DNA from: Candidatus Micrarchaeota archaeon
GTDB taxonomy: Archaea; Micrarchaeota; Micrarchaeia; Anstonellales; Bilamarchaeaceae
DNA length: 64,000 bases
NCBI GenBank assembly: GCA_018812715.1
Contig: JAHJCT010000024.1
Location: 7,015 to 71,014 of the forward strand
Direction: 5' to 3'
The notes beneath the pieces are model-generated. The model did no database searches. It was not told the DNA's origin and saw nothing but the letters and a program-made list of their open reading frames with translations. The position numbers and the translations under genes were made by a program. Positions within the stretch are counted from its first letter, which is position 1. Each line of letters begins with the position of its first letter. Positions 27,935 to 38,391 of the stretch are shown here, one piece after another.

Positions 27935-29587
27935 ATGAAAAAAATCCTCCTAACTTTTTTCTTGATTTCTTTGGCATCAGCTTCGCATATGTGGCAGTTT
28001 GATACCGATAGTGCAGTTTTTGTTAAGCCCATCACATATCAAGGAAATGTAATTGTAGCTTCTGATGAGGGTAATGTTTATTCACTTGCACCATTAACCG
28101 GACTAAAACAATGGCAAACAAATGTTGGTGGAGCACCGAATGAATTGCTTCTTTTTGATAATGCAGTAGTAGTTTCTTCAACTTCTGGAAAAGTTACAAA
28201 GATTGGAGCTAATGGGAATGTGATATGGAGTGTTAATCTTAATACTACAACATATAATGTTTCATATATTTATGGGGCAAGCACAAATGACAATAAGATA
28301 TATGTAAGTGCAGAGAATGGAATTTATGAGTTGACAAAAACAGGGAATGCAACAAGACTAGTTTCATTTGAAGATTCAGTTGTAACTGCTCCGGCAACTG
28401 GTCCGAATTATGTTATTTATGGCAGAGAAAACCAACTTGTAAGAGTAAGTTTAACTGGTGCCACTCAATGGACAGTAACACTAGATCAAGGATCATTCTG
28501 GCTTTCAAAACCAATTGTTGACGGAGGAGTAGTTTATATTGGAGCTCTTGACAATAAGATGCATGCATATAGTATAGCAAATGGTCAAGAGGTTTGGGAA
28601 GTAAGAACAGATAATTGGGTTTTTGGTACTGCTTTGGTTGACACTGGAGTAGTTTATTTCGGCAGCAATGATGGAAGTATTTATGCTATTGACAAAGGTT
28701 CTGGTGACATAAAATGGGAGGCAGAAACAAGATTGGCCGTGCAGTCACAACCAGAAAGCGGGCAGATGGGTGGACAAAATGTTGTGTTTGTTGGATCAAA
28801 TGACAAAAACATTTATGCTATTGCAAAGACAACTGGTGACATAGTATGGAAAGGATCTGCCGGGGGCGCTGTTGGGAGCCCTTTATATTATCAAAATCTT
28901 ATTATTTATGGTTCACGCGATAAGGAAGTAAATGCCCACATTATAGAAAGAGCATGTTCTATAACAAGTCCGATTGAAGCCCAGTTGATAGGAACAAAAG
29001 AACTTGTTGCTAGTGGCAAATATGTTTCTGAAGCAGGGGGGGCAATGGTCTGGATAAGTATCAATGGAGCTGAATGGATAGAAGCAAATACAACTAATGA
29101 TGGCTGGATATTGTACTTAGATCCAAGCAAAACGCTCGTGGCTGGACTTAATACGATAGTATGTATGGTTGCAGATGTAGGGGGGCAAGAAAGCGGACCT
29201 GATTTTACAAGTGTTGCTATAAACCATAATCCAAATATGGAATTGGCGAATTTTGTTATCACAACATCTCCAAATATCATAGAGGGGGAAGAATTTGTTA
29301 TTTATGTTAATGATGGGGATGATGGCTCTCCAGTAGAGAGGTTTTCATGGACAATGGATGGACAAAGTGGAACATCTGATAAAAATATAACAATCACGAT
29401 AAATGAGCCTAAAACATATCAATTGACAGTAACAAAAATGGGCTTCAATAATGGTAGTGTGAACATAACTGTAAATGCAAGTGGTGTAAATCCATTATTA
29501 GTTGGGGCAGGAGTTTTGGTTATTCTAATTATAGTTTGGCAGGTTTGGACTAGGATTATTAGTAAAAGATTTGCTAAGAAGAAATGA
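27935..29587 (+). CDS. PQQ-like beta-propeller repeat surface protein with a C-terminal TM anchor.
   Basis: Signal peptide MKKILLTFFLISLASA. Repeated G..VYaldA.tG...W motifs. C-terminal LLVGAGVLVILIIVWQVW followed by a basic tail. Confidence 0.6.
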   Translation: MKKILLTFFLISLASASHMWQFDTDSAVFVKPITYQGNVIVASDEGNVYSLAPLTGLKQWQTNVGGAPNELLLFDNAVVVSSTSGKVTKIGANGNVIWSVNLNTTTYNVSYIYGASTNDNKIYVSAENGIYELTKTGNATRLVSFEDSVVTAPATGPNYVIYGRENQLVRVSLTGATQWTVTLDQGSFWLSKPIVDGGVVYIGALDNKMHAYSIANGQEVWEVRTDNWVFGTALVDTGVVYFGSNDGSIYAIDKGSGDIKWEAETRLAVQSQPESGQMGGQNVVFVGSNDKNIYAIAKTTGDIVWKGSAGGAVGSPLYYQNLIIYGSRDKEVNAHIIERACSITSPIEAQLIGTKELVASGKYVSEAGGAMVWISINGAEWIEANTTNDGWILYLDPSKTLVAGLNTIVCMVADVGGQESGPDFTSVAINHNPNMELANFVITTSPNIIEGEEFVIYVNDGDDGSPVERFSWTMDGQSGTSDKNITITINEPKTYQLTVTKMGFNNGSVNITVNASGVNPLLVGAGVLVILIIVWQVWTRIISKRFAKKK

Positions 29588-29589
29588 AT

Positions 29590-31323
29590 CTATTCAACAG
29601 TAACAGATTTAGCAAGGTTACGGGGCCTATCTGGGTTGATTCCTTTTAGAACACTAACATGGTATGCTAAAAGCTGTAAAGGAATAATCAAAGCAAATGG
29701 ATAAAGAATAGGATCAATTTCTGGAAGTTCAATAACAAAATTGCTTTCTTTTTTCACATCTTCATCATTGGTTAGACCAACAATCATTGCTCCTCTTGCT
29801 TTTGCTTCTTTAATATTACCAAAAAGTTTTGGGATAGTGTCATCTTTTGGAGCTAGGGCTATTAATGGCACACCATCTGTGATTAAACTAAGAGTGCCAT
29901 GTTTCAGTTCTCCCCCCGGATAAGCTTCAGAATGAATATATGTTATTTCCTTGAATTTCAAAGATCCTTCATAAGCAATCGGAACATTTTTTCCTCTGGC
30001 AATAAAGAATGCGTGTTCTTTACCCGCAAGTTTTACTGCAATTTTTTTTATCTGGTTTTCTAATTTTAGCATAAGCTCTATTAATTTTGGAAGTTCAGCT
30101 AATTTCTTTTTTCCATAGATTAATTTGTAAATAACTGCAAGTTGGGCAGTGAAAGTTTTTGTTGCTGCTACACCAACTTCAGGACCTGTATTAAGATAAA
30201 TGATACTATCAGAAATTCTTGTTATAGTCGACCCAACGGTATTAGTTATTGCTATTTTCCTTGATTTTTCTGCATAGCGCAATGCCTGAAGAACGTCGGC
30301 AGTTTCACCACTTTGGCTTATAGCAATTATAAGGGTTTTTTCATTCGGTTTGGCTATGAAAGGATAATCACTGGCGATAAATGCTTGTGATATTTTTCCT
30401 TTTTCTGATAGAAGATAAGAGAGTAGTAGGCCAGCATGATAAGAAGTTCCACACGCGATGATATCAATTTTTTCATACTCATCAATAATTGATTTAGCAG
30501 AATCAACATCTGCAGCTAAACTTTCATTGATGAAATGTTTCTGATCAAAAATCTCTTTTAGCATAAAATGTGGGTAGCCGCATTTTTGTGCCATTTCAAT
30601 ATTCCAATCTACAGTAATCTGTTTTCTAGTTGTTTCAGAACCATCAACGGAATAGACCTTGTAACCGTGTTTGGTGAGAACTGCAAGGTCGCCTTCTTGA
30701 AGAGGAACAAAGGTTTTAGTATATTTGAGCATAGCCGGAATATCAGAAGCGCAGAACATTTCTCCTTTTCCTACGCCTATAACAAGAGGGCTGTTTTTTC
30801 TTGCAAGGAAAATTCGTTCTTCTTTATCTTCCGTACTTAATGCAACAATAGCATAAGATCCTTCTAACTGGCGTACGCTTTTCATAAAGGCTTTCAAAAG
30901 AGACTGCGACTTAGCATTCTCCTCTACGAGGTGGGGAATAAGTTCGGAGTCAGTATCGGTTGTAAATTCATGTCCTTTTTCAATTAAGTCATTTTTAAGT
31001 TTTGTAAAATTTTCAATAACGCCATTATGAACTGCAACTATAGTTTTTCTAGTGTTGAAATGTGGGTGGGCATTTTCTTTACACACCACGCCGTGAGTGG
31101 CCCATCTTGAATGCCCTATGCCGATATTTCCTTCAATATTAGTAAACTGAAGTGTTGTGGAAACATCTTCGATCATTCCTACATCTTTCCTTATCTCAAG
31201 TTTTTTATCATTAAGTACAGCTATACCTACTGAATCATATCCACGATATTCGAGTCGTTTCAATCCTTCAGTAAGAACTTCTGATGCTTTTCTAGAGCCT
31301 ATATAACCAATAATGCCGCACAT
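29590..31323 (-). CDS. glmS: Glutamine--fructose-6-phosphate aminotransferase (isomerising).
   Basis: Starts MCGIIGYIG, an Ntn amidotransferase with Cys2. Two SIS domains. Confidence 0.9.
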   Translation of the reverse strand: MCGIIGYIGSRKASEVLTEGLKRLEYRGYDSVGIAVLNDKKLEIRKDVGMIEDVSTTLQFTNIEGNIGIGHSRWATHGVVCKENAHPHFNTRKTIVAVHNGVIENFTKLKNDLIEKGHEFTTDTDSELIPHLVEENAKSQSLLKAFMKSVRQLEGSYAIVALSTEDKEERIFLARKNSPLVIGVGKGEMFCASDIPAMLKYTKTFVPLQEGDLAVLTKHGYKVYSVDGSETTRKQITVDWNIEMAQKCGYPHFMLKEIFDQKHFINESLAADVDSAKSIIDEYEKIDIIACGTSYHAGLLLSYLLSEKGKISQAFIASDYPFIAKPNEKTLIIAISQSGETADVLQALRYAEKSRKIAITNTVGSTITRISDSIIYLNTGPEVGVAATKTFTAQLAVIYKLIYGKKKLAELPKLIELMLKLENQIKKIAVKLAGKEHAFFIARGKNVPIAYEGSLKFKEITYIHSEAYPGGELKHGTLSLITDGVPLIALAPKDDTIPKLFGNIKEAKARGAMIVGLTNDEDVKKESNFVIELPEIDPILYPFALIIPLQLLAYHVSVLKGINPDRPRNLAKSVTVE

Positions 31324-31362
31324 TTGAAGATATAAAAAGAAATAGAGATTTTAAAGAGTTGT

Positions 31363-32484
31363 TTATTTCAGCTGTAAAGGAGTTAGGCAACCAGTAGATA
31401 GATCATATCTGAGATTGGATATTGCAAGTTCTTTTGAGTCAATCATATTAGCAATTTTAGGTTCCCCACCAACAGTCATGCTTCTGAGATCCTGCTCCCA
31501 TTTATCAAATAATTGATTAAGTTTCTGGTCATCAGTTATGTGTCCGGGTGCAATAAAACTTATATGTCTCACTCCGAGGTGTTCCACTGCATATAGGACA
31601 GATGCCTCGTCAAAATCATCAAGACCACCTTCAGAACCAGTGGTGCAGAAAACATCATTTTGTTCTGCGCGAGTAATAGTTGCAACACTGTATGGTAAAT
31701 CATTGCTTCCAACTACTATGGCATGAGGTTTTTGAACTGCCAATTTCTCAGAAAGCCTCCCATCTTCATTTGCTCTTAAATGAGTTAGATTCCATTTAGA
31801 GCAGAGGATTTCAATAATTGCTGAAACTCCATTATGTAATATACGAACAGCCTCAGTGGTTTCATCCCAGTTGTAGAGCATTGTTCCTGTATGTACCTCA
31901 AATTCTTGCTTTGCCTTAACAAGCTGTCCAAGTGCGTTTTCTTGAGGAGTATCACCAGAAATTTCAGTTAAAAGTGCGTTCAGAGGATCACTGCCAGTAT
32001 CCCATCTTCCGACCCCATCCCATTTTACCTTTTCTTTTACAGCACCACAATGAGAATGTGCTTGGATAATGATTACACCATCTTTTTTTACTCTTCCTGC
32101 AGCTTGCTTAATTTCATCAAAAGATGGGCCACTTGTTGGGATAACATTGCCCGCTACACGAATCTGCATACCAACGAGTTCATCACCCTCAGAATCCATT
32201 CTTAAAACACGGGCATCCGAACAAGCAATAAGAAGATAATCTGCTTCCCCGTTCATTATTTTTTGATGACGTTCAATAGGGGTTATGTTTAATGATTTGA
32301 GTATTGCAACATGTTCTTTATTGCCTTCTACAAGCATCATAAGAGATTGAGCAGGCATGATACCCATGGCCCGATGTTTCTGCCTTAGGATTGCACAAAC
32401 AGAGTCGCTATGAGGAGCTGTAAAACGAGGTTTCTCCTCCCGTCTACCTGTTCCAGGCTGGTGTGTTTTATTCTGGTGTGTCAT
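31363..32484 (-). CDS. Tandem beta-carbonic-anhydrase-like protein. The N-terminal domain is canonical and the C-terminal domain is degenerate.
   Basis: N-domain has LLIACSDARV and HSHCGAV. The second domain shows VVGSNDLPY and FIAPGHI at the positions that carry zinc-ligand residues in the first domain. Confidence 0.65.
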   Translation of the reverse strand: MTHQNKTHQPGTGRREEKPRFTAPHSDSVCAILRQKHRAMGIMPAQSLMMLVEGNKEHVAILKSLNITPIERHQKIMNGEADYLLIACSDARVLRMDSEGDELVGMQIRVAGNVIPTSGPSFDEIKQAAGRVKKDGVIIIQAHSHCGAVKEKVKWDGVGRWDTGSDPLNALLTEISGDTPQENALGQLVKAKQEFEVHTGTMLYNWDETTEAVRILHNGVSAIIEILCSKWNLTHLRANEDGRLSEKLAVQKPHAIVVGSNDLPYSVATITRAEQNDVFCTTGSEGGLDDFDEASVLYAVEHLGVRHISFIAPGHITDDQKLNQLFDKWEQDLRSMTVGGEPKIANMIDSKELAISNLRYDLSTGCLTPLQLK

Positions 32485-32560
32485 GTTATATATTAGGAGC
32501 TAAAGTCTTTTTAAATGTTACAGAGTGTTTTTAACATATTAAAATGAGAGTGTGAATTTT

Positions 32561-33133
32561 ATGAATGCAGAAGACGTAATTAGTAAATTAGTAGAGGGCA
32601 ATAAAAGATACATAAGCGGAAAATTAAGTGAAAAGGACATCATAAAAAAGAGAGAAGGTTCCAAAACCGGACAAAAACCAATGGCGACAGTAGTGTGTTG
32701 TTCTGATTCGCGGGTTGTCCCTGAATTCATTTTTGATACCAACCTAGAGGAGATATTTACAATTATCACTGCCGGCAATGTTGTTGGTGGAATAGCGCTC
32801 GGTTCAATAGAATATGCTGTTGGCCATCTTCACACGCCACTTCTTATAGTAATGGGACATGAAAAATGTGGTGCAGTTACGGCTGCATATGATGATCATA
32901 AAGAAGCCAGTATTACGAAGATAGTAGATAAAATAAAACCAGCTGTGGAGAGAACAAAGAAAGGTGGAGAAAAGAATGCTGAGATAGAAGAGGCAATAAA
33001 AGAGAATGTAAAGAATGTGATTGAAGAGATAAAAAAGAGCCCAATTGTAGAAAAAGCATTAAAAGAAGGAAAACTTAAAATTTTAGGAATGAAATATTAT
33101 TTTGAAGATGGGCGTGTAGAAACAATAAACTGA
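32561..33133 (+). CDS. Beta-class carbonic anhydrase.
   Basis: VVCCSDSRVVPE and MGHEKCGAV, i.e. the CxDxR and HxxCG zinc-ligand motifs. Confidence 0.8.
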   Translation: MNAEDVISKLVEGNKRYISGKLSEKDIIKKREGSKTGQKPMATVVCCSDSRVVPEFIFDTNLEEIFTIITAGNVVGGIALGSIEYAVGHLHTPLLIVMGHEKCGAVTAAYDDHKEASITKIVDKIKPAVERTKKGGEKNAEIEEAIKENVKNVIEEIKKSPIVEKALKEGKLKILGMKYYFEDGRVETIN

Positions 33134-33161
33134 GGGATTGTATTTGGCTGATTCTGACAAA

Positions 33162-34343
33162 ATGTATGCATTCAAAAAGCAGTTGCGTAAACTGGCCGAA
33201 TATAAAGGCAGTGGAACAGAGTTGATATCTGTTTACATAGCCGCCGGTTCTGCAGTACACGAGATGAACAACAAACTAAGAGAGGAAATGAGCCAGGCAA
33301 GCAACATCAAGTCTAAATCCACTAAGACAAATGTTTTGGGTGCTTTGGAAAGGATAATGAATTATCTTAAGATATTCAAAAAAACACCTGAGAATGGAAT
33401 TGCGGTCTTTGCAGGAAACATTTCAGACAACCCTGCCAAAACAGTTATTGAATTATTCTCTTTAGAGCCACCAGAACCACTTTCCATAGGAGCATATAGA
33501 TGCGATAGTAAATTTTTTCTCGAACCCTTGGAAAGGCTGCTTGAAGCTACAGATGCTTACGGTATAGTAGTGATGGATGGGAGAGAAGCAACATTGGCCA
33601 TTGTAAAGGGGACGAACATAACAATTGTAAGAAAATTGAACTCCACAGCACATGCGAAAGTTAGCAAAGGTGGACAATCGCAAATGAGATATCAGAGACT
33701 TGTGGAAGAACAAATTGAAAATTATTACAAACGTGTTGGAGAAGCGATGGACAAGGCTTTTCTTGAAAAAGTAAAGGCAGTAATGCTTGGGGGGCCTGGG
33801 CCAACTAAAGAATTTTTCATGAAAATGAAACCATTTAATTATCAGATAGAGGTCCTGGGCGTTGTTGATACGGGTTATACGGATGAGTATGGAGTACGAG
33901 AAGTACTTGCAAAAAGTGAGGGTATACTAGCCAAGCAGGAAGCAATCAAGGAAAAAGTATTAGTTGACCGATTCATCAAAGAGGCTGTTAGTGATGGGCT
34001 TGCCACTTACGGAGAAAAGGAAGTAAGAGAAGCCATAGAAACAGGGCAAGCAGAGAAAGTGCTTTTATCTGAAGGATTGGAACATGTGAGCGCTCATTAT
34101 AGGTGCAATTGTGGAAAAGAAGATAGAAAAACATTCAGGGAAAAGGCAGAAGAAAATATACCATGTAAATGTGGCGGACAGATGAAGCTCCAAAAAGAAG
34201 AAGCACTATTAGATGAGCTAGCCGATCTTGCCAGAGAGAGCAGTATTGAAGTTGAGATAGTTTCAACAGGTAGTACCGAAGGTGCTCAATTCCTTACTGG
34301 TTTTGCTGGAGTGGGTGCTATTTTGAGGTACAAGAACAGATGA
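33162..34343 (+). CDS. prf1: Peptide chain release factor subunit 1 (aRF1).
   Basis: NIKS motif ASNIKSKS. GGQ motif KGGQSQMRY. The N-terminus matches the aRF1 pattern (MYAFKKQLRKL...GTELISVYI). Confidence 0.9.
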   Translation: MYAFKKQLRKLAEYKGSGTELISVYIAAGSAVHEMNNKLREEMSQASNIKSKSTKTNVLGALERIMNYLKIFKKTPENGIAVFAGNISDNPAKTVIELFSLEPPEPLSIGAYRCDSKFFLEPLERLLEATDAYGIVVMDGREATLAIVKGTNITIVRKLNSTAHAKVSKGGQSQMRYQRLVEEQIENYYKRVGEAMDKAFLEKVKAVMLGGPGPTKEFFMKMKPFNYQIEVLGVVDTGYTDEYGVREVLAKSEGILAKQEAIKEKVLVDRFIKEAVSDGLATYGEKEVREAIETGQAEKVLLSEGLEHVSAHYRCNCGKEDRKTFREKAEENIPCKCGGQMKLQKEEALLDELADLARESSIEVEIVSTGSTEGAQFLTGFAGVGAILRYKNR

Positions 34344-34394
34344 AGGATATATTTAAATACTTGTTAGACCATAATTTATAACAGGTGAATAATT

Positions 34395-34691
34395 ATGACA
34401 AGATTTAGAGCTATTGTTAGGCAGGGGCCCGCAGTAGTAAAAAACGCTCTTGTATATGGATTCAATTTAGCCAGATATAAATTGAGACAGGAAAATTTCA
34501 ATTTGACATGTGATACAGTACGAAGCATGTCATCAAATAGGGCCATGGATACTCTTGATAATGCCATGAAAACTCTTGGAGATAGTGTAGGTGATGTTCT
34601 TGTTTCAGGAATACAACTGAAAAGATCTGTTAATGATTTTAGAGTTGAATGGAGAAACAGAGAACCTGCTACAGAGGGTCTTCGTTCTTAG
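34395..34691 (+). CDS. Hypothetical small protein of 98 aa.
   Basis: ORF only. Confidence 0.25.
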   Translation: MTRFRAIVRQGPAVVKNALVYGFNLARYKLRQENFNLTCDTVRSMSSNRAMDTLDNAMKTLGDSVGDVLVSGIQLKRSVNDFRVEWRNREPATEGLRS

Positions 34692-34706
34692 TTACAGGTA
34701 TGAACT

Positions 34707-35672
34707 TCAGAGATACTCTCTTATAGGATTTAACATCCTTTCTTCTATTGCAGAAATATATGTATGTTTTCCTATTATATGACCAAATTTTGTTTTTATT
34801 TCTCTTACGAATTTATGTAGTTCAACTGTATCCTCAACTATTACATCTACTTCTATATCCCAGCTACCAATAGTTTTATTTAGGAAGATAACATTATCAT
34901 GTTCAAGACAATAATCCAAGAATTTCTTTTCTTTTTCTCTTGTCATGCTTCTGAAACCTATCAAAACTTTATAGTATTCAAATCCAAGTTTTCTTGCATC
35001 ATACCATGCAGTATAGCCTAGGATGTAGCCTTTCTCAGTTAGTTTCTTTATCCGGTATTGTACTGTATCAGGAGTAAGGTTAATCATATTAGCAATGTTA
35101 ATTGTCGACTCTCGAGCATTATTATAAAGTGCAGAGAGTATCTTCAGATCAATATTATTTAGTTCTTCAATTTTAGTTATTCTTTCAAGGGGAAATTCAG
35201 GGTGTCTTCCCCCTCCAAGGGCTCGATTCCATGAAAGATAGGTTTGGTAGGTAGTAGTTGCAACAGTTTTTTCAATTATTTTTTTCCCAAATCTTTCTGT
35301 GATTTTATTGACAAGTTCCTCCACCTCAATTTCATCTCTTGCAACAAATCTCAGTAGAACATCATATTCTCCTTGACAGACAACGCCCCAAAGGGTTCTG
35401 GGATAATTTTCAAAGAATCTTAGTATTGCTTTCTCTGTTTTTACATCCATTACATCGAATTTGAAATATAGCCTATATGCCCTAAACCCCAATTTTGCAA
35501 GATTAATATCTGCAAATAAGAGAACTACAATGCCTGCTTCTTCTAATTTTCTCAATCTTCTTTCGACAGTGCTACTGCTTAATTTGAGTTTTTTTCCCAT
35601 TTGTGTAAAACTCATTCTGGAATTTAGATAAAGCAAGGTAAGAAGTTCCTTGTCCTTCTTGTCTATTTCCAT
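34707..35672 (-). CDS. Tandem-duplicated Lrp/AsnC-type regulator with two HTH-RAM units.
   Basis: Two HTH_AsnC-like segments, LLYLNSRMSFTQMGKKLKLSSSTVERRLRKLEEAGIV and LSALYNNARESTINIANMINLTPDTVQYRIKKLTEKGYI. Confidence 0.7.
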   Translation of the reverse strand: MEIDKKDKELLTLLYLNSRMSFTQMGKKLKLSSSTVERRLRKLEEAGIVVLLFADINLAKLGFRAYRLYFKFDVMDVKTEKAILRFFENYPRTLWGVVCQGEYDVLLRFVARDEIEVEELVNKITERFGKKIIEKTVATTTYQTYLSWNRALGGGRHPEFPLERITKIEELNNIDLKILSALYNNARESTINIANMINLTPDTVQYRIKKLTEKGYILGYTAWYDARKLGFEYYKVLIGFRSMTREKEKKFLDYCLEHDNVIFLNKTIGSWDIEVDVIVEDTVELHKFVREIKTKFGHIIGKHTYISAIEERMLNPIREYL

Positions 35673-35750
35673 TAATGTTGATTAGCCTGAAGATTTTAAA
35701 ATATTTTCGGTTTTCTTGCATTTTTTTCTAAAATATATTAAATATCTAAA

Positions 35751-36476
35751 TTGTGCGTTATAGTTGGTGTTAAAATGGTACTAGATGGAAAAGAGAGGAA
35801 AAATGTACAAAAAATGGATGGGTGGGCTGTTGTAGCAGCTGAGCTCGAAGGAGAGGATCTAAAAGAAAAAATATATGACAACACATTATTCTCTCTTTGT
35901 GGGGACCTTGAAGGAAAGGCAGTGCTTGATTATGGTGCTGGTCCTGCAGTTGTTGCAAGTAGAGCAATGGATAATGGAGCTTCTGTCAAAGCATTTGATA
36001 TTTCAAAAGATATGAGAGAGATAGCAGTCGAAAAGCTTGGAAAACAAAATGTATATGAGGCAGTAGAAGAGATCCCAGGAAATTATTTTGACATAGTACT
36101 GTGCAACTTAGTGCTTTGTATAGTTCCGGAAGAAGAAGTAGCGGTAATTGTAAGAAACATTAGGAACATGCTGAAAACTGATGGGATTGCCTATGTCGGT
36201 TTTTGCAACCCACGTATTTTCGATGTGCCAGAATCAGTTATAGATTTCAGGAAGCAAACTGGAGATGCATACGAGAATAATCACGAATATACGAAAGTTA
36301 AGAAGGAGGGGAATTACGAGATAATGGAATTGCACAGACCTATTGAGTGGTATGAAGAAATGTTCAGAGGAGCAGGATTCGAAGTAGATGTCAACTTCAC
36401 TCCAGAATATGACATCGGAAAGAGAAAAATCAGCGATTTCATTATTTTCAAACTTAAGAAGGAGGGATTGAAATGA
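35751..36476 (+). CDS. Class I SAM-dependent methyltransferase.
   Basis: Motif I VLDYGAGPA. Confidence 0.6.
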   Translation: MCVIVGVKMVLDGKERKNVQKMDGWAVVAAELEGEDLKEKIYDNTLFSLCGDLEGKAVLDYGAGPAVVASRAMDNGASVKAFDISKDMREIAVEKLGKQNVYEAVEEIPGNYFDIVLCNLVLCIVPEEEVAVIVRNIRNMLKTDGIAYVGFCNPRIFDVPESVIDFRKQTGDAYENNHEYTKVKKEGNYEIMELHRPIEWYEEMFRGAGFEVDVNFTPEYDIGKRKISDFIIFKLKKEGLK

Positions 36477-37777
36477 TAATTGAAAAAATAAGCGAATACT
36501 TTGAATTTGTAAAACATAAAACAAATGTTAAAACAGAGGTCCTTGCAGGAGTTTCTACATTCCTTGCACTATCATATATCTTCATAGTAAATCCAGCAAT
36601 CCTTGCAGAGGCAGGAATGAGCAAAGGATTTGTTTTATTTGCTACAATTATTGCATCATTCCTTGCAACGTTTGCTATGGGAATATTGGCAAAAAAGCCA
36701 TTTGTCTTAGCTCCGGGATTAGAGATGAACGCCTATGTTGCGTTCTTTGTAGTTGCATCTTTAGGTTTCTCCTGGCAGGCTGGACTTGGAGCAGTTTTTT
36801 GGTCAGGAATACTGTTCATGGTACTCACGGCACTTGATATCAGACAAAAAATCATAACAGCGATACCAGACAGTATGAAGGGTGGGCTGGCTCTAAGTGT
36901 CGGTGTATTCCTTGCATTGATTGCATTCAAGATCTCAGGTATGCTGCTATACGAAGGAGTCAATCTGTCAGCAGTAGGTAGCCTGTTATCCGGAGAGGCC
37001 ATAGTAGTTTACTTTGGTTTGATGACAATCTTAGTGCTTGAAAGGTTGAAGATAAGAGGATCAGTATTAATAAGTATAATCCTATCGACGATCTTTGCAT
37101 ATGGCTTAGGTCTTGGCACAGCAGCTGCAGATGTTTCAACAATGTCAACTGGGTGGTTTGACGGCATTTTGCAATTCGACATCATGGTAATTCTTGATCC
37201 GAGAATTTGGAGTGCTGTATTGGTGCTCTTCCTTGTAGATTTCTACGGAAGCGTTGCAAAATTCATCGGTCTTACCAGGAATACCAGCATAGTAAACAAA
37301 GACGGAACTATGCCACAGATGAAGGAGGCATTATCAATAGATGGCATTGGAACCATCGTCGGTTCTGCTCTAGGAACTACCAGCATAACCACATATGTAG
37401 AAAGTGGAGTTGGGATAGGTGCTGGAGGAAGAACAGGACTAACAGCTGTAGTCTGTTCCTTGCTGATGCTATCCTTCTTGCTCTTAAGTCCAGTAATAGG
37501 AATGGTTCCAGTTATTGCTACTGGAGGTGCATTGTTATTCGTAGGAATAACTTTACTCCCATCAAAAGAAGAGCTCGGAGGATACACCTGGATAGATAAA
37601 ACATCAGTGATTCTGATGGCAATAACTGTATTGCTTACATTTGCACTTGACAAGGCAATGCTTGTTGGGTTTGGAGCATATATAATGTCATCAGTGATTG
37701 CAAAAAGAAAAGTCGATAAATATTTGGTTGCATCAACTATACTCCTGTTAATCGGAGTAGTTTTACAACTAATCTAA
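36473..37777 (+). CDS. AzgA/PbuG-family purine (guanine/hypoxanthine) permease, NCS2 superfamily.
   Basis: TEVLAGVSTFLALSYIFIVNPAIL signature. About 12 TM segments. Confidence 0.75.
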   Translation: MIIEKISEYFEFVKHKTNVKTEVLAGVSTFLALSYIFIVNPAILAEAGMSKGFVLFATIIASFLATFAMGILAKKPFVLAPGLEMNAYVAFFVVASLGFSWQAGLGAVFWSGILFMVLTALDIRQKIITAIPDSMKGGLALSVGVFLALIAFKISGMLLYEGVNLSAVGSLLSGEAIVVYFGLMTILVLERLKIRGSVLISIILSTIFAYGLGLGTAAADVSTMSTGWFDGILQFDIMVILDPRIWSAVLVLFLVDFYGSVAKFIGLTRNTSIVNKDGTMPQMKEALSIDGIGTIVGSALGTTSITTYVESGVGIGAGGRTGLTAVVCSLLMLSFLLLSPVIGMVPVIATGGALLFVGITLLPSKEELGGYTWIDKTSVILMAITVLLTFALDKAMLVGFGAYIMSSVIAKRKVDKYLVASTILLLIGVVLQLI

Positions 37778-37787
37778 TTCTTTCTTT

Positions 37788-38387
37788 TTAGACTCTATGA
37801 ATTCCACACGTACCTATTGTATAATCAGGGCCAACGCCAACACTCATGCCATTATTATGGAGAGTAGTTTCGCTCCCCTCATGAATATATATGGTGACGC
37901 CATTGATAAGCTGAGAGAAACAATAATTTGAGTCGTGGAATCCATCTATAGTTACACAACCCTCATCACTTATTGAAAAATGGTCTGTATTTTTAGGACC
38001 AAAGCCACTGCTTCCAGCAAAATCAATGCCGCATTGAAGAATATTTTGATGAGTTGTAGATGAAGGATCGACGCCCCTAACATCCATTACGATATAAACA
38101 TACTCCGCAGAATTAAAAATTTCTTTGAATGCTTCTTGATCAATTGCTGTTCCTGGAACAAATGTATTTTTTGGAAGATTAATGAAATAATACAAGAGAG
38201 CTATTGCAATAATCGCCAGGAGAATGAGTACAAGTGTTTTTGGAAATTTTCCTTCTTTAGGCACTTCTTGTGGTTCCTCTTCAGGTATTGTTACCTCATA
38301 TTGAATTGGTTCTTCTAAAGATTGAACTGGTTCTTCTGTGGGTTTAACCACTTTCTTTGAACGCTTCTTAGTCTTTTTTCTTGCCAT
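37788..38387 (-). CDS. Membrane-anchored extracellular protein. It is homologous to the C-terminal domain of the adjacent 713-aa protein.
   Basis: Lys-rich N-terminus and one TM segment. EAFKEIFNSAEYVYIVMDVR... resembles EFLAEFESKNSTAIMIDLR... in 38392-40533. Confidence 0.45.
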   Translation of the reverse strand: MARKKTKKRSKKVVKPTEEPVQSLEEPIQYEVTIPEEEPQEVPKEGKFPKTLVLILLAIIAIALLYYFINLPKNTFVPGTAIDQEAFKEIFNSAEYVYIVMDVRGVDPSSTTHQNILQCGIDFAGSSGFGPKNTDHFSISDEGCVTIDGFHDSNYCFSQLINGVTIYIHEGSETTLHNNGMSVGVGPDYTIGTCGIHRV

Positions 38388-38391
38388 AGTA

